From assembly GCA_043228905.1 (NCBI GenBank), contig JBHGNT010000004.1:24986001-25050000 (forward strand): 64,000 bases of DNA, written 5' to 3'. The position numbers and the translations under genes were made by a program. Origin of the DNA: Azolla caroliniana. Taxonomy: Eukaryota > Plantae > Polypodiophyta. The notes beneath the pieces were generated by a model. It saw only the letters and a program-made list of their open reading frames with translations, ran no database searches and had not been told where the DNA came from. Shown here piece by piece: positions 26,807-39,589 of the stretch (positions are counted from its first letter, which is position 1; each line of letters begins with the position of its first letter).

Positions 26807-29800
26807 GGGCCAATTTTGGTCTTAGAAGATGTTAATATATCTTTCTTTCTTTCTCTCTCTCTCTCTCTCTCTAATGGTGAATACATTCAAAACATTTTAT
26901 CGTTGATTATTTCATTACACTACGAGCAAGTATATAAGAAAACAAATTGTCATTTAGAGTATAGAGTAGTTGTAGCACCATTGTATGAGCAAGTAGGTGT
27001 CATTTGAAAATGGATTTTCTGGGTGTACTTGAGAAACATGTGGATGAAGCAAGGGTGTCCACTCTCCCCCACTCTTTGGTCTATGCATTGATAAACTTGA
27101 AGAAATAGTAAACAAGGCTACAAAATAGTAAGGACGAGATTGCCCAAAACTCAAGAAAGAGCTTATTTTTGTACTCCCATACGTCAATGATGTTTTATTA
27201 TCGTGGATGATCTGCAACACTTACTTGATGTAATGGAAACATTCTAGCAAATCAATGGGCTAATTGTTAACGTGGACAAAACAAAACTGATGGCAATACA
27301 GGCCATATAACCAAGACACTACCCCACTTCTATATACAAGGCAGAATGGATACAAGTGGTGCGAAGCTTCATGGTAATAATGTAATATTGACAAATAGAC
27401 AGATTGTATGCTATAAATCTAGATTACAAGCGAGTTGGAATAGTTATTATATGTTTGAGATCAATGCAACCAAAGTGATACTGGAGTATGGGAAGTGCGG
27501 TTGATGTTATTCAATGCTATGATGGTCCAATTGTTCCTTTATGGCGTGGAAGTGTAGGGTGGGAATATCTCATTTAGTACATAGAAAACTTTGGGGGTAA
27601 AATCCTCAACATCCTATCCTGTCATGCCCATTAGAAACAAGTGCTCAGCTGATAAGAGGTACTAGCCATGAGAAGAATATACAAGTTATTACAAAACTCA
27701 AGAATATGCATGATCATAGATTGCCAGAACAAGCTTCGAACATAGGATAGAAGGTTCAAAAAACTAAGAAGAGAAAAATACTCTCATTTGGTTGGGTGCT
27801 TGACATTATGAAATGGTTTAAGAGACGGGAAGTAAAAGATACATAGAAGCTCTCAAGTGATGCTATGAAGAATGTGATCGTTGAGGATAGATTATTTTAG
27901 GCACTACGGATGAAGTGGCAAGATGCTAAAATATCAAAATTGGAATATTACATTGCAAATAGTAACCCCCAATGTTAACCGCAATACATGGTAAAATGCT
28001 ACAACGTATCCAATCGAATCTCACTACTCCCATGAACCTTGGCTCTTGGAGAGCCTTAACACTTCTTTGAACTCATTCACATAACTTAGTTGTTGAGGTA
28101 ACATCATGGAATCATCACCCAAATATGACGATATGTGGTATGCAATGAAAACCTAGTGGAGGATGAATATCACTTACTTATTGCATGCTCAGCATATAAG
28201 GTAATTCGCAAGTAATATGATGACTTGTTAGACGAGCATGATAATGTGTCATACTCAAATGTCCACCAAGAACGATGACCACATATGTGCATGCATTATT
28301 TTTACATAGAGAACTTTAACTACAAACTAGTAGCCCCCCTTTCTTAGGGAGGAGTCACATACAAGATAATGTCTTAATTTGGTCCCCTAGGTCAAATTTG
28401 GCCTCCTCCTGGACAATAAAACATGTATTTTAATCTCTCTCTGTGTGGACAGAAAAAGATAGTCAAGAGGGCTTATCAACAAACTTGCTTTCAAAAACAC
28501 CATATCACCATCAATAAGCTTGTCACCCTTCCATTATTAATGGAAGAAAGTCACTTGAGAGATAAGGGTTTATGTTTTTTTCTTTGTAGACTTCAAGAAA
28601 GCTTTTGATGGTACCTCCTGAGCATCTTTGGAGGTGCATGGAAGAACTCGAGATACCGACTGAATATATGCTTGCAATTTCTCTAATCTTTAAGAACATT
28701 ATATGTTGTGAGCATATGGTCAATTAAAATTCAGATATTTTCACTCGCACTATTTGGTTAAGCAAGGGTGCCCACTCTCACCAACTCTATTTGGCCTATG
28801 CATTTATGAATTGGAACAAACAGTTGTCAAGTTTGTAAAGGAAGAAGGCAATGAAGAAGTTGGCATTGGGAATATCGTTCTCATGTTTTTGTTGCACACA
28901 GATGACGTGGTGCTTTTTGAAAATACTTTAGGAGACGCACAAAAGCTTATGAGGGCAATAGGTGATCTGAGACGGGACGTTGGGGCATAGGTGATAGACT
29001 AGTTGATTATGCACATTTTGCTCTAAACAAGTTCAGATGTCTGAGTATCACAATTCGATACGTTGTTTTGCCTTTAATCATGTTTGGCTAGGCTTTCCAT
29101 AAATCTTCAACCAAATCCACCCACAATCACAATGTGCACTCTCAATTATCATATTCATCAAGAGTTGCCACTCACTTTCAAAAGTACCACATGAAAACAT
29201 TATATTTTATCTAATGGGTTATATTTGTCCTCTGAAGAAGATAATATAATTTATCTATCTATCTCCCAAAGAGTACATCTCAAGTTTAAATCATCATTAT
29301 TCCCATGGGTCATGTTGGCTTCTTGCAGTCACTGATATATCCTCACCATCATCTCTCATTAATAACCATTAGTAGCATTATCCTTTCTCTCTTGGAAACT
29401 ATTAGTATCATTATCATTGACCTCTAGCAAATTGTTAATATCATTATCATTGATCTCTACGAAACTGCCCGATTATTGATCTCGAGGGTACCATTAGAAG
29501 CATTATGCTTGATGTCTAGAGAACCAATTATAGCATTGTCGTTACTCTTTCCACAATATCGTATATACAAAGCTACACAAAGCCTTTAGTCATGTGTGGT
29601 GATAAGCGTGATATCCAACAATCATCCACAAAACTTGGGACACATGGTGCCACTATATAGAGACTGAGGAGAAGGAGATGAAATCTAAAGAATTCGCCAT
29701 CATCTTGATATATGATAATTCTGAATGTCAATAAATGTTCCACTAAAATAGAAATAAAGCCAATACAAAACCTTGAATATTAATACAATATCAACATAAG

Positions 29801-30884
29801 GTTGTTATTAGCATTGCCTCTAAGATAGACACTAATGTTTTTCAAATGGCTTGTTCTGAAAGTTGGATATGCAAAGCCTTAACAAACTAACTTCCAATTA
29901 ATATTTATAATTAATACCGAATCTTATAGTGCGTTGTTAGCCTTTCTTTCTTTTTCTAATGTATCAACATGGGCTTATCTTGTGTGGCATGCTATTAAGC
30001 TCTCAGTACGAGGATCAAGAATAATTCTTTCAAGCATCTTTGTTAACCATATATCACTTCTCCTAAACAGCATGCCACATCAACGTACCACTAGCATCCA
30101 TGATCTCCAAACGGTCAACAGACATCTCAAATCTCTCTCGGTTTCTAAAGATCATTTCGGTGCTACATTTTCAAAGTTAAAAAAACAAAAGAACTATTTC
30201 TACATTTTCCAATAAAAGGCAATGAAAAAACAAGACCACAGTCAACGGAAACCATGGGAACTAAGTTTGAACTCATGAAATACAATAAACACAACAAAAA
30301 AAGAGAGAAGAACTTACTTTAAAAGCAGGTTCTTCAGGCATTTCTCGATAGCAAACGGCAATAACCCAATCAGCCAAGGAAAATATCCGACGGCCAGTGT
30401 AGATGGCAGCTAGGAACGCTCTGACGGGCGGTGACCAAATTGCCAGATTGCTCACGAGATTCTCGCTCAAGACTTGGGCAGAGAGAAGGAAGAGATGAGG
30501 TGTACAAGCCTTAACTGAGTGTTGGTCTCCTCTTGCAAAGCCCCCAAGGACATATGCCAATGGGAGGAACAACCCAATGGCCGTCCCAAGCATCACATAG
30601 AGTTGGAAATTCCTACTTCCGTGGAATACCTCCATTCTTCCTCCTTCCTTGGGACGATGACTCGGAAATACAAACTTGGACAATATGTATAGGTATGAAG
30701 TCACCAGAATTGGAAATATTAGATCCGCAACAGGCACCAAACCACTTGCTGAGAAGACTACTATGAAAGCTACTAGTTGTAATTCTATGGTTCTTACTGA
30801 ACCCATCAACCCACTTTGCTCTGTTAATCTCTCGGGACGGCCTTGACCTTCCCGAGGCCCTACCGCAAGAGAAAGACCTGACAT
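26540..30884 (-). CDS. Conserved plant multi-pass membrane protein of unknown function, 2 coding exons (30884-30318, 26755-26540), 260 aa
   Basis: Exon 1 encodes MSGLSLAVGPR..GLMGSVRTIELQLVAFIVVFSASGLVP..GLFLPLAYVLGGFARGD..PHLFLLSAQVLSE and ends AAA|GTAAGT. Exon 2 after TGCAG encodes DFAWAWFGRGLAIANFVYFNVNMFCFIIPRFIPRAFQRY, the family's conserved C-terminus (WFGRxLAxANxxYFxxNLxxFLIPRFLPRAF). The splice is phase 0. Confidence 0.9.
26875..28442 (+). mobile_element. 5'-truncated degenerate LINE (RTE/RTEX-like) in the intron, antisense to the host gene
   Basis: KQGCPLSPTLFGLCIDKLEE at ~27048. C-terminal VCNENLVEDEYHLLIACSAYKVIR at ~28137. The 3' end reads AATAAAACATGTATTTTAATCTCTCTCT. Multiple stops are present. 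Confidence 0.8.
28443..28965 (+). mobile_element. Second degenerate LINE RT fragment of the same type
   Basis: FFVDFKKAFD..EHLWRCMEELEIP and VKQGCPLSPTLFGLCI..LLHTDDVVL. Confidence 0.8.
29365..29540. repeat. ~33-bp degenerate minisatellite in the intron
   Basis: Recurrent ATTAGTA(G/T)CATTATCATTGA(C/T)CTCT units. Confidence 0.6.
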
Positions 30885-31019
30885 GATGATGATTGTTATC
30901 GATGATGATGATGATGATTCTCTAAAAACTTATTCTTTCTTCTTCCTTTTCTTCTTCTATTTCATCTCTGAAACCAAAATGTAAAAAACCTAATTCAGGA
31001 GAGCTTTAACTGTATCTAC

Positions 31020-31131
31020 CTGCAAATAACATAAAGCTTCTATATTCCAACAATGGATTTTTCTCGCTCTTTCTCTCTTTCTCCAAGCTTTAATACTACA
31101 ATTTGCAAGGTAGATACCAGTCTTTTCTTAC
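31020..31131 (-). other. Probable 112-nt 5' UTR intron of the membrane-protein gene
   Basis: Donor GAAG|GTAAGA at 31131 and acceptor TTTGCAG|G at 31020, upstream of the ATG at 30884. Confidence 0.6.
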
Positions 31132-32214
31132 CTTCAGATCTGTTTGTTCCTCCGGTTTAAGATGACTTCTTCTTTCTCTGCTGAGGCTATGGAGGAACAG
31201 GGGGTGTGATGCTTTCTCTGGAAGCGATGGAGGAACAGGGGAGGTCTTGACTCATCAATGTGAAACCTCTCTTTTTTGTCTTTGTTTGAAAATATATAGA
31301 CTGACTTCCTCCTGGGATGACCTTGAGTAAACATGTAGGTTTTTCCGAAGCCGCTACCTCGAGTAAAATGTAGGTTTTTGTCGGACCCAGGGTTCACTTA
31401 GCTCCTCCTTGTAACCACATGTTTTTGTCTGCTCCTCGTCATAGTTTCCAGTTAAGCGGAGTTTGCAAAGCATCTCCTAGGAGCCTTCTTTGTTATGAGA
31501 TCCTCCTTGCCACTAAATGATGCGTGATAGATGTTTTGAGTTCCTGATAAGAAGACTTCACTTTGTGATATGGAGACCCCCCCCCCATACCCCTTGGGTT
31601 TCGATTCCGACTAGAACCACGATTTGATTCTCTTGGAAAACCTGCGTTTTGATGTACGTTTTTGCTTCATTGGTTAGTGCTTGTATCAACGCGTATATGG
31701 AGTGACTGACGAAACTCGAGTCAAGATTGGGTTGCCTCTCCTCTTTGTTAAGAGACGATTGAAGCTTGTAAGTAGGTAATTAAATGCAAGTATGTTAAGA
31801 CTTGATAAGTAGTGGCTCCAAGAATTGCACAAACTCTATTCATGCAATCAATGTTGGTTTGGTGGATACTATGGCCATTTGCGAGAATTGTGGTTCTTGA
31901 TGCCCCTTTTCCCATTTAGTTAAAGTGACATGTTAGTCTATTGCTAGTATCTACCATTTCTTATAGATTTAATTGGTAGAAGAGGCAAAGATAGAGGTGT
32001 TGAGTACCTACCACACGCTTCTATGACATTAATATTTGCATCAACATGAGAGGAGGATTAGGAAATGATATAGTATCCCAATAATGTAAAAGGGCCCAAA
32101 GACAAAATCATTTAAATGAATGGAAGTACAAAAGTCAACTTTTTGGCTCTTCCCATCTCTTCACAATCCAACTTTAGACTTGACTTGTTCTCTCTCCCTC
32201 TGTCCCCCTTCTCT

Positions 32215-32300
32215 CTCTCACTTTCACATGTATCACGTGAAAATGTTATGTATTTTGGCCTCATAGGTCATATTTGACCTTTGAAGATGATACTAAAATC
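32215..32300 (+). repeat. Dispersed ~85-bp repeat; inverted copy at 57200-57285
   Basis: CTTTCACATGTAT..GAAAATGT..CATAGGTCATATTTGACCT..AAGA.GATA is shared with the reverse complement of 57200-57285. Confidence 0.7.
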
Positions 32301-34707
32301 TCTCTCTCTCTCTCTCTCTCTCCCTCTCTCTCTCTCTTTGACACACACATATCAAGAGACTCATCGACTATGCATTTTTTGCGAAGAACAAGTACAAAAC
32401 TTAGAGTATTACACTTTCATTTGACCACATTTGAGTTTGTTTTCCATGCATTGCCAATTTGATCTAGGTCACATTGTTCACTCTTGATTGCAACATTTAT
32501 TAGCAAATGTATTGAACATTGATTGCGGGTCAGTTCAGGCGGGACCACCGAGGTCTCGAACCAAAGGAGCTTAAGAATGAGTGGCGGTCGAGGTTTGCAA
32601 CGACCAATCCGGCCTGGTTACCAAACTTCGTTTAGTGAGCACACAAAGCTCTCAGACACAAGTGAGTAAGCTTTGAATAGAGGAGAGAAGAACGACACCT
32701 CCTTGGGCACCATAGACGAGATGTGGATATTGACACAATTTAGAGAGACCAAAGCAGAGACTTCACATAGAGCACCTGGATACAACAATGTCACGTAGTC
32801 GATTAAATACAAAGAAAGCATACAAAAGTCGGCCTTGGGCAGGATGCAAAGCTTCGAGCTCGACCCACACACACCAGTGAACCTCTGGTCTGGAGCACAC
32901 GGGCTACCTACACGAGCAGAGGCCTCACACCACCTAACCGAATAAGCAAAACATGGGACCTAAAGCATTTGACAACACTCGCTTCATAGTCCGGCAACAC
33001 CTTCCCCTCCCAAAACAACCGATCCCCCAAAATAGTTTTCCTCCCCGCCCTTCATAGCTCAAGGAGGGTCGGTTACATGAGTAGTTATGGTAGTCATTTT
33101 CGTCAAAGATTTCCCTTGATTCTCTTAAATTCCTCCCATCACGTCCTATTATTCTTTCCCTCGTTTTGAGGGCCCATAAGTACTAATAAAAGCCATATTG
33201 TCTTGTACCTATCAATACTTCGCTATTTACAATTGTTTATACATAAGACCTAGTTCATGTGTAGACATGCACACCCTTGTTCATATGCATCCCATGGGTT
33301 TTTCTCCTAGTGGCCGGAATCCTCCACAACAACTTTGAGAGTCACTACTCAATCCCACACATACTATGTAACAACAATTCACTTTTACTCCCATATGCCA
33401 TACATATTTGATTGCCAATGATGATAAAAAAAATAAATTGTATCTCTCAATCATGCACACGATAATAGTTAAGTGATTTACAATATTAATTACATTAAGC
33501 ATGGTTAATTATTAAAGGAATCAATTATCACTTTTGCATCCTTTCGTATCAGTAAAGCATTTATGTATTTTTAGATTGTCTTTTAGATAAAAGAAGTTAT
33601 CTTGTAATTAAAAAGACCTATGAGGGAGGTTAATAACATTTGGCTTAATGGTTAATGTATTGTAGTAGGCTAGGAAGGATTGACAATAGTTCATGCTTGT
33701 GTCGTTAACAATAAGGTAGGTGATCATTCAATCTTGTGGTACAACCTTGGAGGAAGCGTAACTTTAGGTAAGAGTAAGACGAACGCTCAATGTTCCCCAA
33801 CTTGAGTTGATATATGTCTCATTTGGAAATTTGCATCATTGTCAAGGACTTAGTCATCATTCAAAACTTCAATGGGCTTTTCATAACCTCCTAAGGGAGA
33901 CTCTTCAAGATGCACACATTAAAGGAAAGAGGATATGAAGTTATTTTGAAACATCTCCAAAGCACCATATTGATGGGTTTAGGGCCTAAGCTCTTCGGTA
34001 GTATAAACACTTATTCATTTATTTTTATTACAAATTTTAATCACATTTTTTCTCTCTAATATCCTTTAATTTCACCTAATATTTAAAGACTACTTGCCTC
34101 AAAAGTACAAGTACTTGAATGAATTTTCTAAATGAATGTGTATGGGTATGAACAAATGAATTTGTGTGTGTGCATGCGTGCGTCTGTGTAGGTCATTTGG
34201 AGGAGGAAAGCTTGATGTATTGGGAATAGTGTGAACCATCTCAAATAAAGAGCAAATTATGAATCCCTCTTTTCTATCCTATATCTCTCTCTCTCTTACT
34301 CACTATAAAGTATATAACTCTTCTAGGGAGCTAAATACAACTACAATTACAAACTCAAGGCTACCCTACACACTAATTCAAATGGCGAATATGATGTGAC
34401 CTTGCAGAGTTCTCTCTTCATGGTTGAGATTTCCTGACTTCTCTAGCATTGTCAATTCAAACAAAAGAGTCATTTTAACTTTACAACATGTTTTCTCACC
34501 CTAACTTGCGAATCAAAAGGGAAGGCATTCTACATATTCTAATTGGACCATAGCTCCCAATACCTCAAGAACTCAAAAAACTAATGTCTTCGTATGTGTG
34601 AAAACCCAACAGGAGGAATATAAGCTTACTCTAGTTAGAGACAACTACACTAAATTGATACACCTCCAAACTATCTTAGCCATTGGGCATGAAAGAAACT
34701 GATGCCT

Positions 34708-34880
34708 ATTAGCTTTGTTTTGGTGGTGTTGTTGTTCTAACCGAACCAGCCATCATGTTTGAAGCAAAAGCAGAATTGAAAATGTTTTTAGGTCCTTCTC
34801 TCCTCATGAATGGATGGATGGATTTATGGTTGACATTAGCTTTGTTTTGGTGTTGTTGTTCTCACCGAACCAACCATCAA
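34708..34880. repeat. ~45-bp direct duplication at the LINE 3' end
   Basis: ATTAGCTTTGTTTTGGTG..TTGTTGTTCT.ACCGAACCA.CCATCA occurs at 34708 and 34835. Confidence 0.7.
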
Positions 34881-34929
34881 CTTTTGTATTGCTAATGATT
34901 TTATAATACCAAGGTGTATCTTTTGTTTG

Positions 34930-36065
34930 AAAAAAAAAAACCCGATGCCTATTATGTTCCAATTCCACCGAACAAAAGAAACATATTCCTCCATCAATGA
35001 TTTTGTTTTTTAATTCATCCCCCAATGGTAAAGCTCCAACCATAACTCTACAAATGAATACCTTAGCTTGTAGCATCGATCTAGACACCAACCTGCCTTG
35101 ATCACATGAAACCACAAAATAATGGGCTTATGAAAGCCCCATATCTTTATAACCTTTTCTTCCATCCACTCATGTTTGTCAATCAACTTGTGATAAGCAT
35201 CATTTGTTGAGATCATAGTCAATCTCCTATTTCCAACAAACGTCAATCAAGCTCTTAAAATCCCCCATCTAAATCAAGATTTGGCTCAGATGAAAATAGT
35301 CATTCTTGCAACTTATCCCAAATAAAGGCTTTTGGAATACGAAATGTTGATCTTGTTGTTTGAAAGGCCATTAATCTTCTTTGTAACACCAACATAGTAT
35401 CCTTGACTTTTACCAAATCCAATCTAGCCATCCGATTAAATTGAAGGTTAAGAAGTTATTTACCCTCCCACCTAAACAACCTTGATGTCGCCAAACTATA
35501 TTTGTAAGGTGCATCCCCTTTCTTGTGGAGGATGCCATTGCGCAAAAGCCAATATACTTTGCCAAGATGTCAACAAATGATTAACTATCAAAGACCATAC
35601 ACATTTGATATCCATTTCAAAAGTAATGACATTCCACCAATTAACTTCAATCGTCATATTTCCAAGCTTAATTTCTGTCTTCTCTATAAAGTATGTCACC
35701 ATTTCTGTCCAAGATTGTGCACCCTCAAACATAAATAGAATGAAAGTAAATCGACGAGCTACCATATGCTCTGTAAATTCATTATAGATGCGCCATTGAG
35801 ACGCTTCAGAGTATAAACATGATCCCATATCAACCACGACAAGACACTTTTCCCTTTTCTTTTCCATAACAATATCCGCATTGAGTGTGACACCATTTCT
35901 AGAGCTTTCGTCGGTCGTGGTACCATAGAGACCACAATCAATTAGATCACCTTAAGTCGTGCATGAAAAGGCCAGAATTGAGACCTCCAATGCATAAACT
36001 TATCCTCCAACCTTTGGGATACATGCTCAATAAGTTTCGCATGAGAAACTTTCACCCCAATTCTC
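34930..36065 (-). mobile_element. Degenerate L1-clade LINE ORF2 3' fragment (post-RT plus zf-RVT)
   Basis: IGVKVS..RLEDKFMHWRSQFWPFHARLKVI, CLVSWDHV-like, and ALPLGDEL..GICFFCSVELEHNRH. Confidence 0.75.
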
Positions 36066-36074
36066 TCTCTCTCA

Positions 36075-36150
36075 TATATACATACATACATACATACATA
36101 CATACATACATACATGTGTGTGTGTGTGTGTACAAACACACACACATGTA
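36075..36150. repeat. (TACA)n(TG)n(CA)n microsatellite
   Basis: Direct inspection. Confidence 0.9.
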
Positions 36151-38854
36151 TATAAATGCCACGCTAAACATCAGGTTTTTAACACGTTGAGTGTCACATT
36201 TTAGTATAGAAACAACACTAATTTTCTCCAAGCAATGTTAAACATCACAATTAGTATCACTCGCTTTTTGCAATGTTTAGGAGTCACCTTTTTTGTTAAA
36301 AGTGGTACAACATTATGTGCCCCTACATAATGGTGATATTATATGTTTAATTTCTAACACTAATAACATATTTATTGTTATTCCTCGAGCTTTTAGTGAA
36401 ATCATGCAAATGTTTTTTATATGAATTATTCTCTCCTTTTGCATTAACTTGAATCTCCAATGTCTCTGCCATGTGAATTAATAACTCAAATTCACAGAAA
36501 GACATGTCATTGTAATCCTATATCCTACTCAAGGGTTTCAAGTTTTGAACTTGTCACCATATTGATGGACAAGCAAGTTAAAAGATGTCCAGAAGGCTAC
36601 AATATTATAAAATAGCCTTAAGCTTGACAAGCAAACCCAAATGATACACATTAGCAAGAAAAATGGCATTCAATGCATTAACATTACCTATCCATATGTT
36701 TTTAAAGTTTACTTTTTGTTATCATGTTAACCAATTAGTTGAGTCATCGTGAGCATGTCATTGCATGTAATAGGCAAACACAATTAAGTCTTTCAACTTC
36801 ATAGCCACCTTAGCAATTGTAGACATACCTACATCATATTGTTCTTAAGAGTCATGATAAACTCAACATGTTAATAGAGGATTTTTATCTATTAAGTTGA
36901 TGTCTAGGGACCAACTATGAACAAATCCATTTTCCATATGATTCAATGCCCTCGTCACGATTTCCAATCTACGCATAATATTATTATACGTTAATACTTA
37001 ACATTTGGATCGTTTAATGCTTCATTCTAGCAATCTATTATGAATTAAGGAAATCCATACTAACCTATGATGATTATTGTACGTTGTTGACTCAATTAAT
37101 AACGGACACAATGAGCCTCCAAACATATATTCAATTACTATGATAATTCACACTAAACTATGGAAACAATTCATAAAGTGCTAAATTAGGATCAATTGTA
37201 AATATCTAAGGATTGCGAGTTCATGTTTAGGAAGAGTTTGAGATTTTTATGTATAAGTGTTTTAGAAACGTGGATTAAACCTGAGCACCAAAGTGAGGAC
37301 ATGTTCAAAAAATCATGAAGGTATACATTTGAGTGTACACCATCATGCTTATTGAAACTTTTGGGTGTTAACATTATTTAACTACTATGCATTCTGGCAC
37401 CTACTCTTGATACAATGCTATTATTTCGAAGACCCCTTTACCAATTGTTATAATACTCTATTTTAGGATTTGTTATAGTGATTCAATTGCATGCGTCTAT
37501 TAATAAGGTGACATTGAGTTGTCACTTGCCAATCATGTACGAATGATAAGTGTTCTGAAGGATTGCCAATCACACGAAGTTAGTACAATAACAAGATTGT
37601 GGAAATGGGATGGTGAAAAAGCGATAATTTCAAATCAATCAACATGGTACTCAAGTTGAGTTGTCCATTTAGAGGCATGAATATAGGAAACCAAAAAATG
37701 TGTGAGCTATAAAGTGTGGGCTTGTATTTGGAAATTAAATATTGAATAACTTAACAACATTACGAGATCAATGGCGAATATCTAGCGATTATGGATTTAC
37801 ATTTGTAATACGAATTGACAATAGTTTTGTATTTACATTTGTCTGGATTATAAAATGTTTAGCAATATAAAGCCTTGAAGTGGCTTACAAAGAAACAACG
37901 CACACAATCATGATTATCTGTTTAATTATAATCATGAATAAATATGTCACCATATAATGGGCCATGGGATAGGGTAGGTGGAATTATAAGTGCAAACTAG
38001 ATATGAGGTATTGTTAAGCAACTATTTGCATTGATTCTTGTCTTCTTTGGAGCCCATTTTGTGATTTTTGGGTCTTACACATCTCAATATCATAGATTTG
38101 GCAAATTGGGCATCAAATTTGATTTCAAAAACTAACTTTTACTCGACATCTCGTTTCACCCAAAACAAGACCCACAAATTTTGAATCTTTGGTTGTAACC
38201 TCTCATATGTTTCAAATGGTAATATTGCTAATTCATGTCATGGTCTCATCGATCTTTATCAAATGTACATTCAATGTAGGAGATAACAAGCCCAAACGGC
38301 CTACTATTTATCAAAGGCCTAACTTCCAACCCCTTCGTCACGATTGGATGGCATTCATATTGTTGGAAGCATGTAATAAGTCATGATAAGTAGTTGATAA
38401 GGTACCTACATTTCTTTTGTATCAACATGATTACCTTCTTGCTTTATTAGCTCTAATTAGTTTTGCATAAGACCACCGTTGCATAGTCTTCCCAATTAGT
38501 TCCCATACGTCATTGTATTGTCATAATATTATATATCAAATTTGATGCAATAAGCTCTATTAGGGGGTCTCAATTGACATAATGTTGTCTGGATTAATAA
38601 AACTCCATGCCAATGTCACCATGGAGCATGGTATTGGTTGTTGCATAAAAACATCGAAATCTTAAGGATATGAATTTGAAAAAGCTACTCTATTATGTTT
38701 TGCACTTGCAAACACAACAACGCAAGGACATGTATATTATATGTATGCATTTATGTTACATTATACTCTATCTCAGTAAGAGTATGCACATTGAAACATA
38801 TTTGCATTATTCAAATCACACCGAGGGCACTTGAGTGATTATACTTCGAAACCA

Positions 38855-39390
38855 ATACACATACATACATATCCTTATATATGGCAATTGAAGATTTTGT
38901 CATGGGGGGAGATGGAGTCTTGAATTACAAAATAAGGGAGAAGTTAAGGAAGACATAAGAATTGCGACATGCATCAATAACACACAACAAACATATATAA
39001 CCAATGACATACAAACATACATACACTACAATACCATTAACACAATACATAGACAGATACGTACACTACACCACTACAATACAATGCAATGCCATTCATT
39101 CAGTTCAATACATACACCACACTCACTACAATACAATACATACATAACATACAATACAATGCCATTTCATTCAATTCAAGACATACATGCATGCATATAC
39201 ACACATACATGGATACATACATATACATATACATACATATACATACATAAATACATACATACATACATACATACATACATACATACATACATACATACAT
39301 ACATGCATACATACATACATACATACATACATACATACATACATACATACATACATTTACATATACATAATGTACATAATTCTGTACATA
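38855..39390 (+). repeat. (TACA)n/(CAATA)n microsatellite-bearing dispersed repeat, copy B
   Basis: CCTTATATATGGCAATTGAAGATT..GGAGTCTTGAA is followed by CAATA and long TACA arrays. It matches the reverse complement of 25405-25700. Confidence 0.75.
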
Positions 39391-39589
39391 AGTGAGCAAA
39401 AATCAATATGATTTTGGAAGGCATAACTGCATACAGCTCTTTACTGTTCTTTTTTTTGTTTTGTTTTCTGATGACATGACGTGGCGGCCTCTGATTGCAC
39501 GGCCTCCCACCAACTCGCAGGGATGCTCCCTAGGACATGCTGACGTGTCGGATGCTGGTTCGTTCTGCATCTCACACCACATGGTTGCC

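Noticed and set aside
26255-27007. 250-aa plus-strand ORF
   Set aside because: It is antisense to exon 2 of the membrane-protein gene and runs through (TC)n repeats and a LINE start, with no protein-like features.
32520-33070. GC-richer segment with an 84-aa minus ORF
   Set aside because: Probably transposon-derived, but there is no motif I can name with support.
39084-39424. Multiple YIHT/MYVC-repeat ORFs (also at 8305-8862, 25183-25581 N-terminal part, 35942-36190)
   Set aside because: These are translations of (TACA)n/(TA)n microsatellites.
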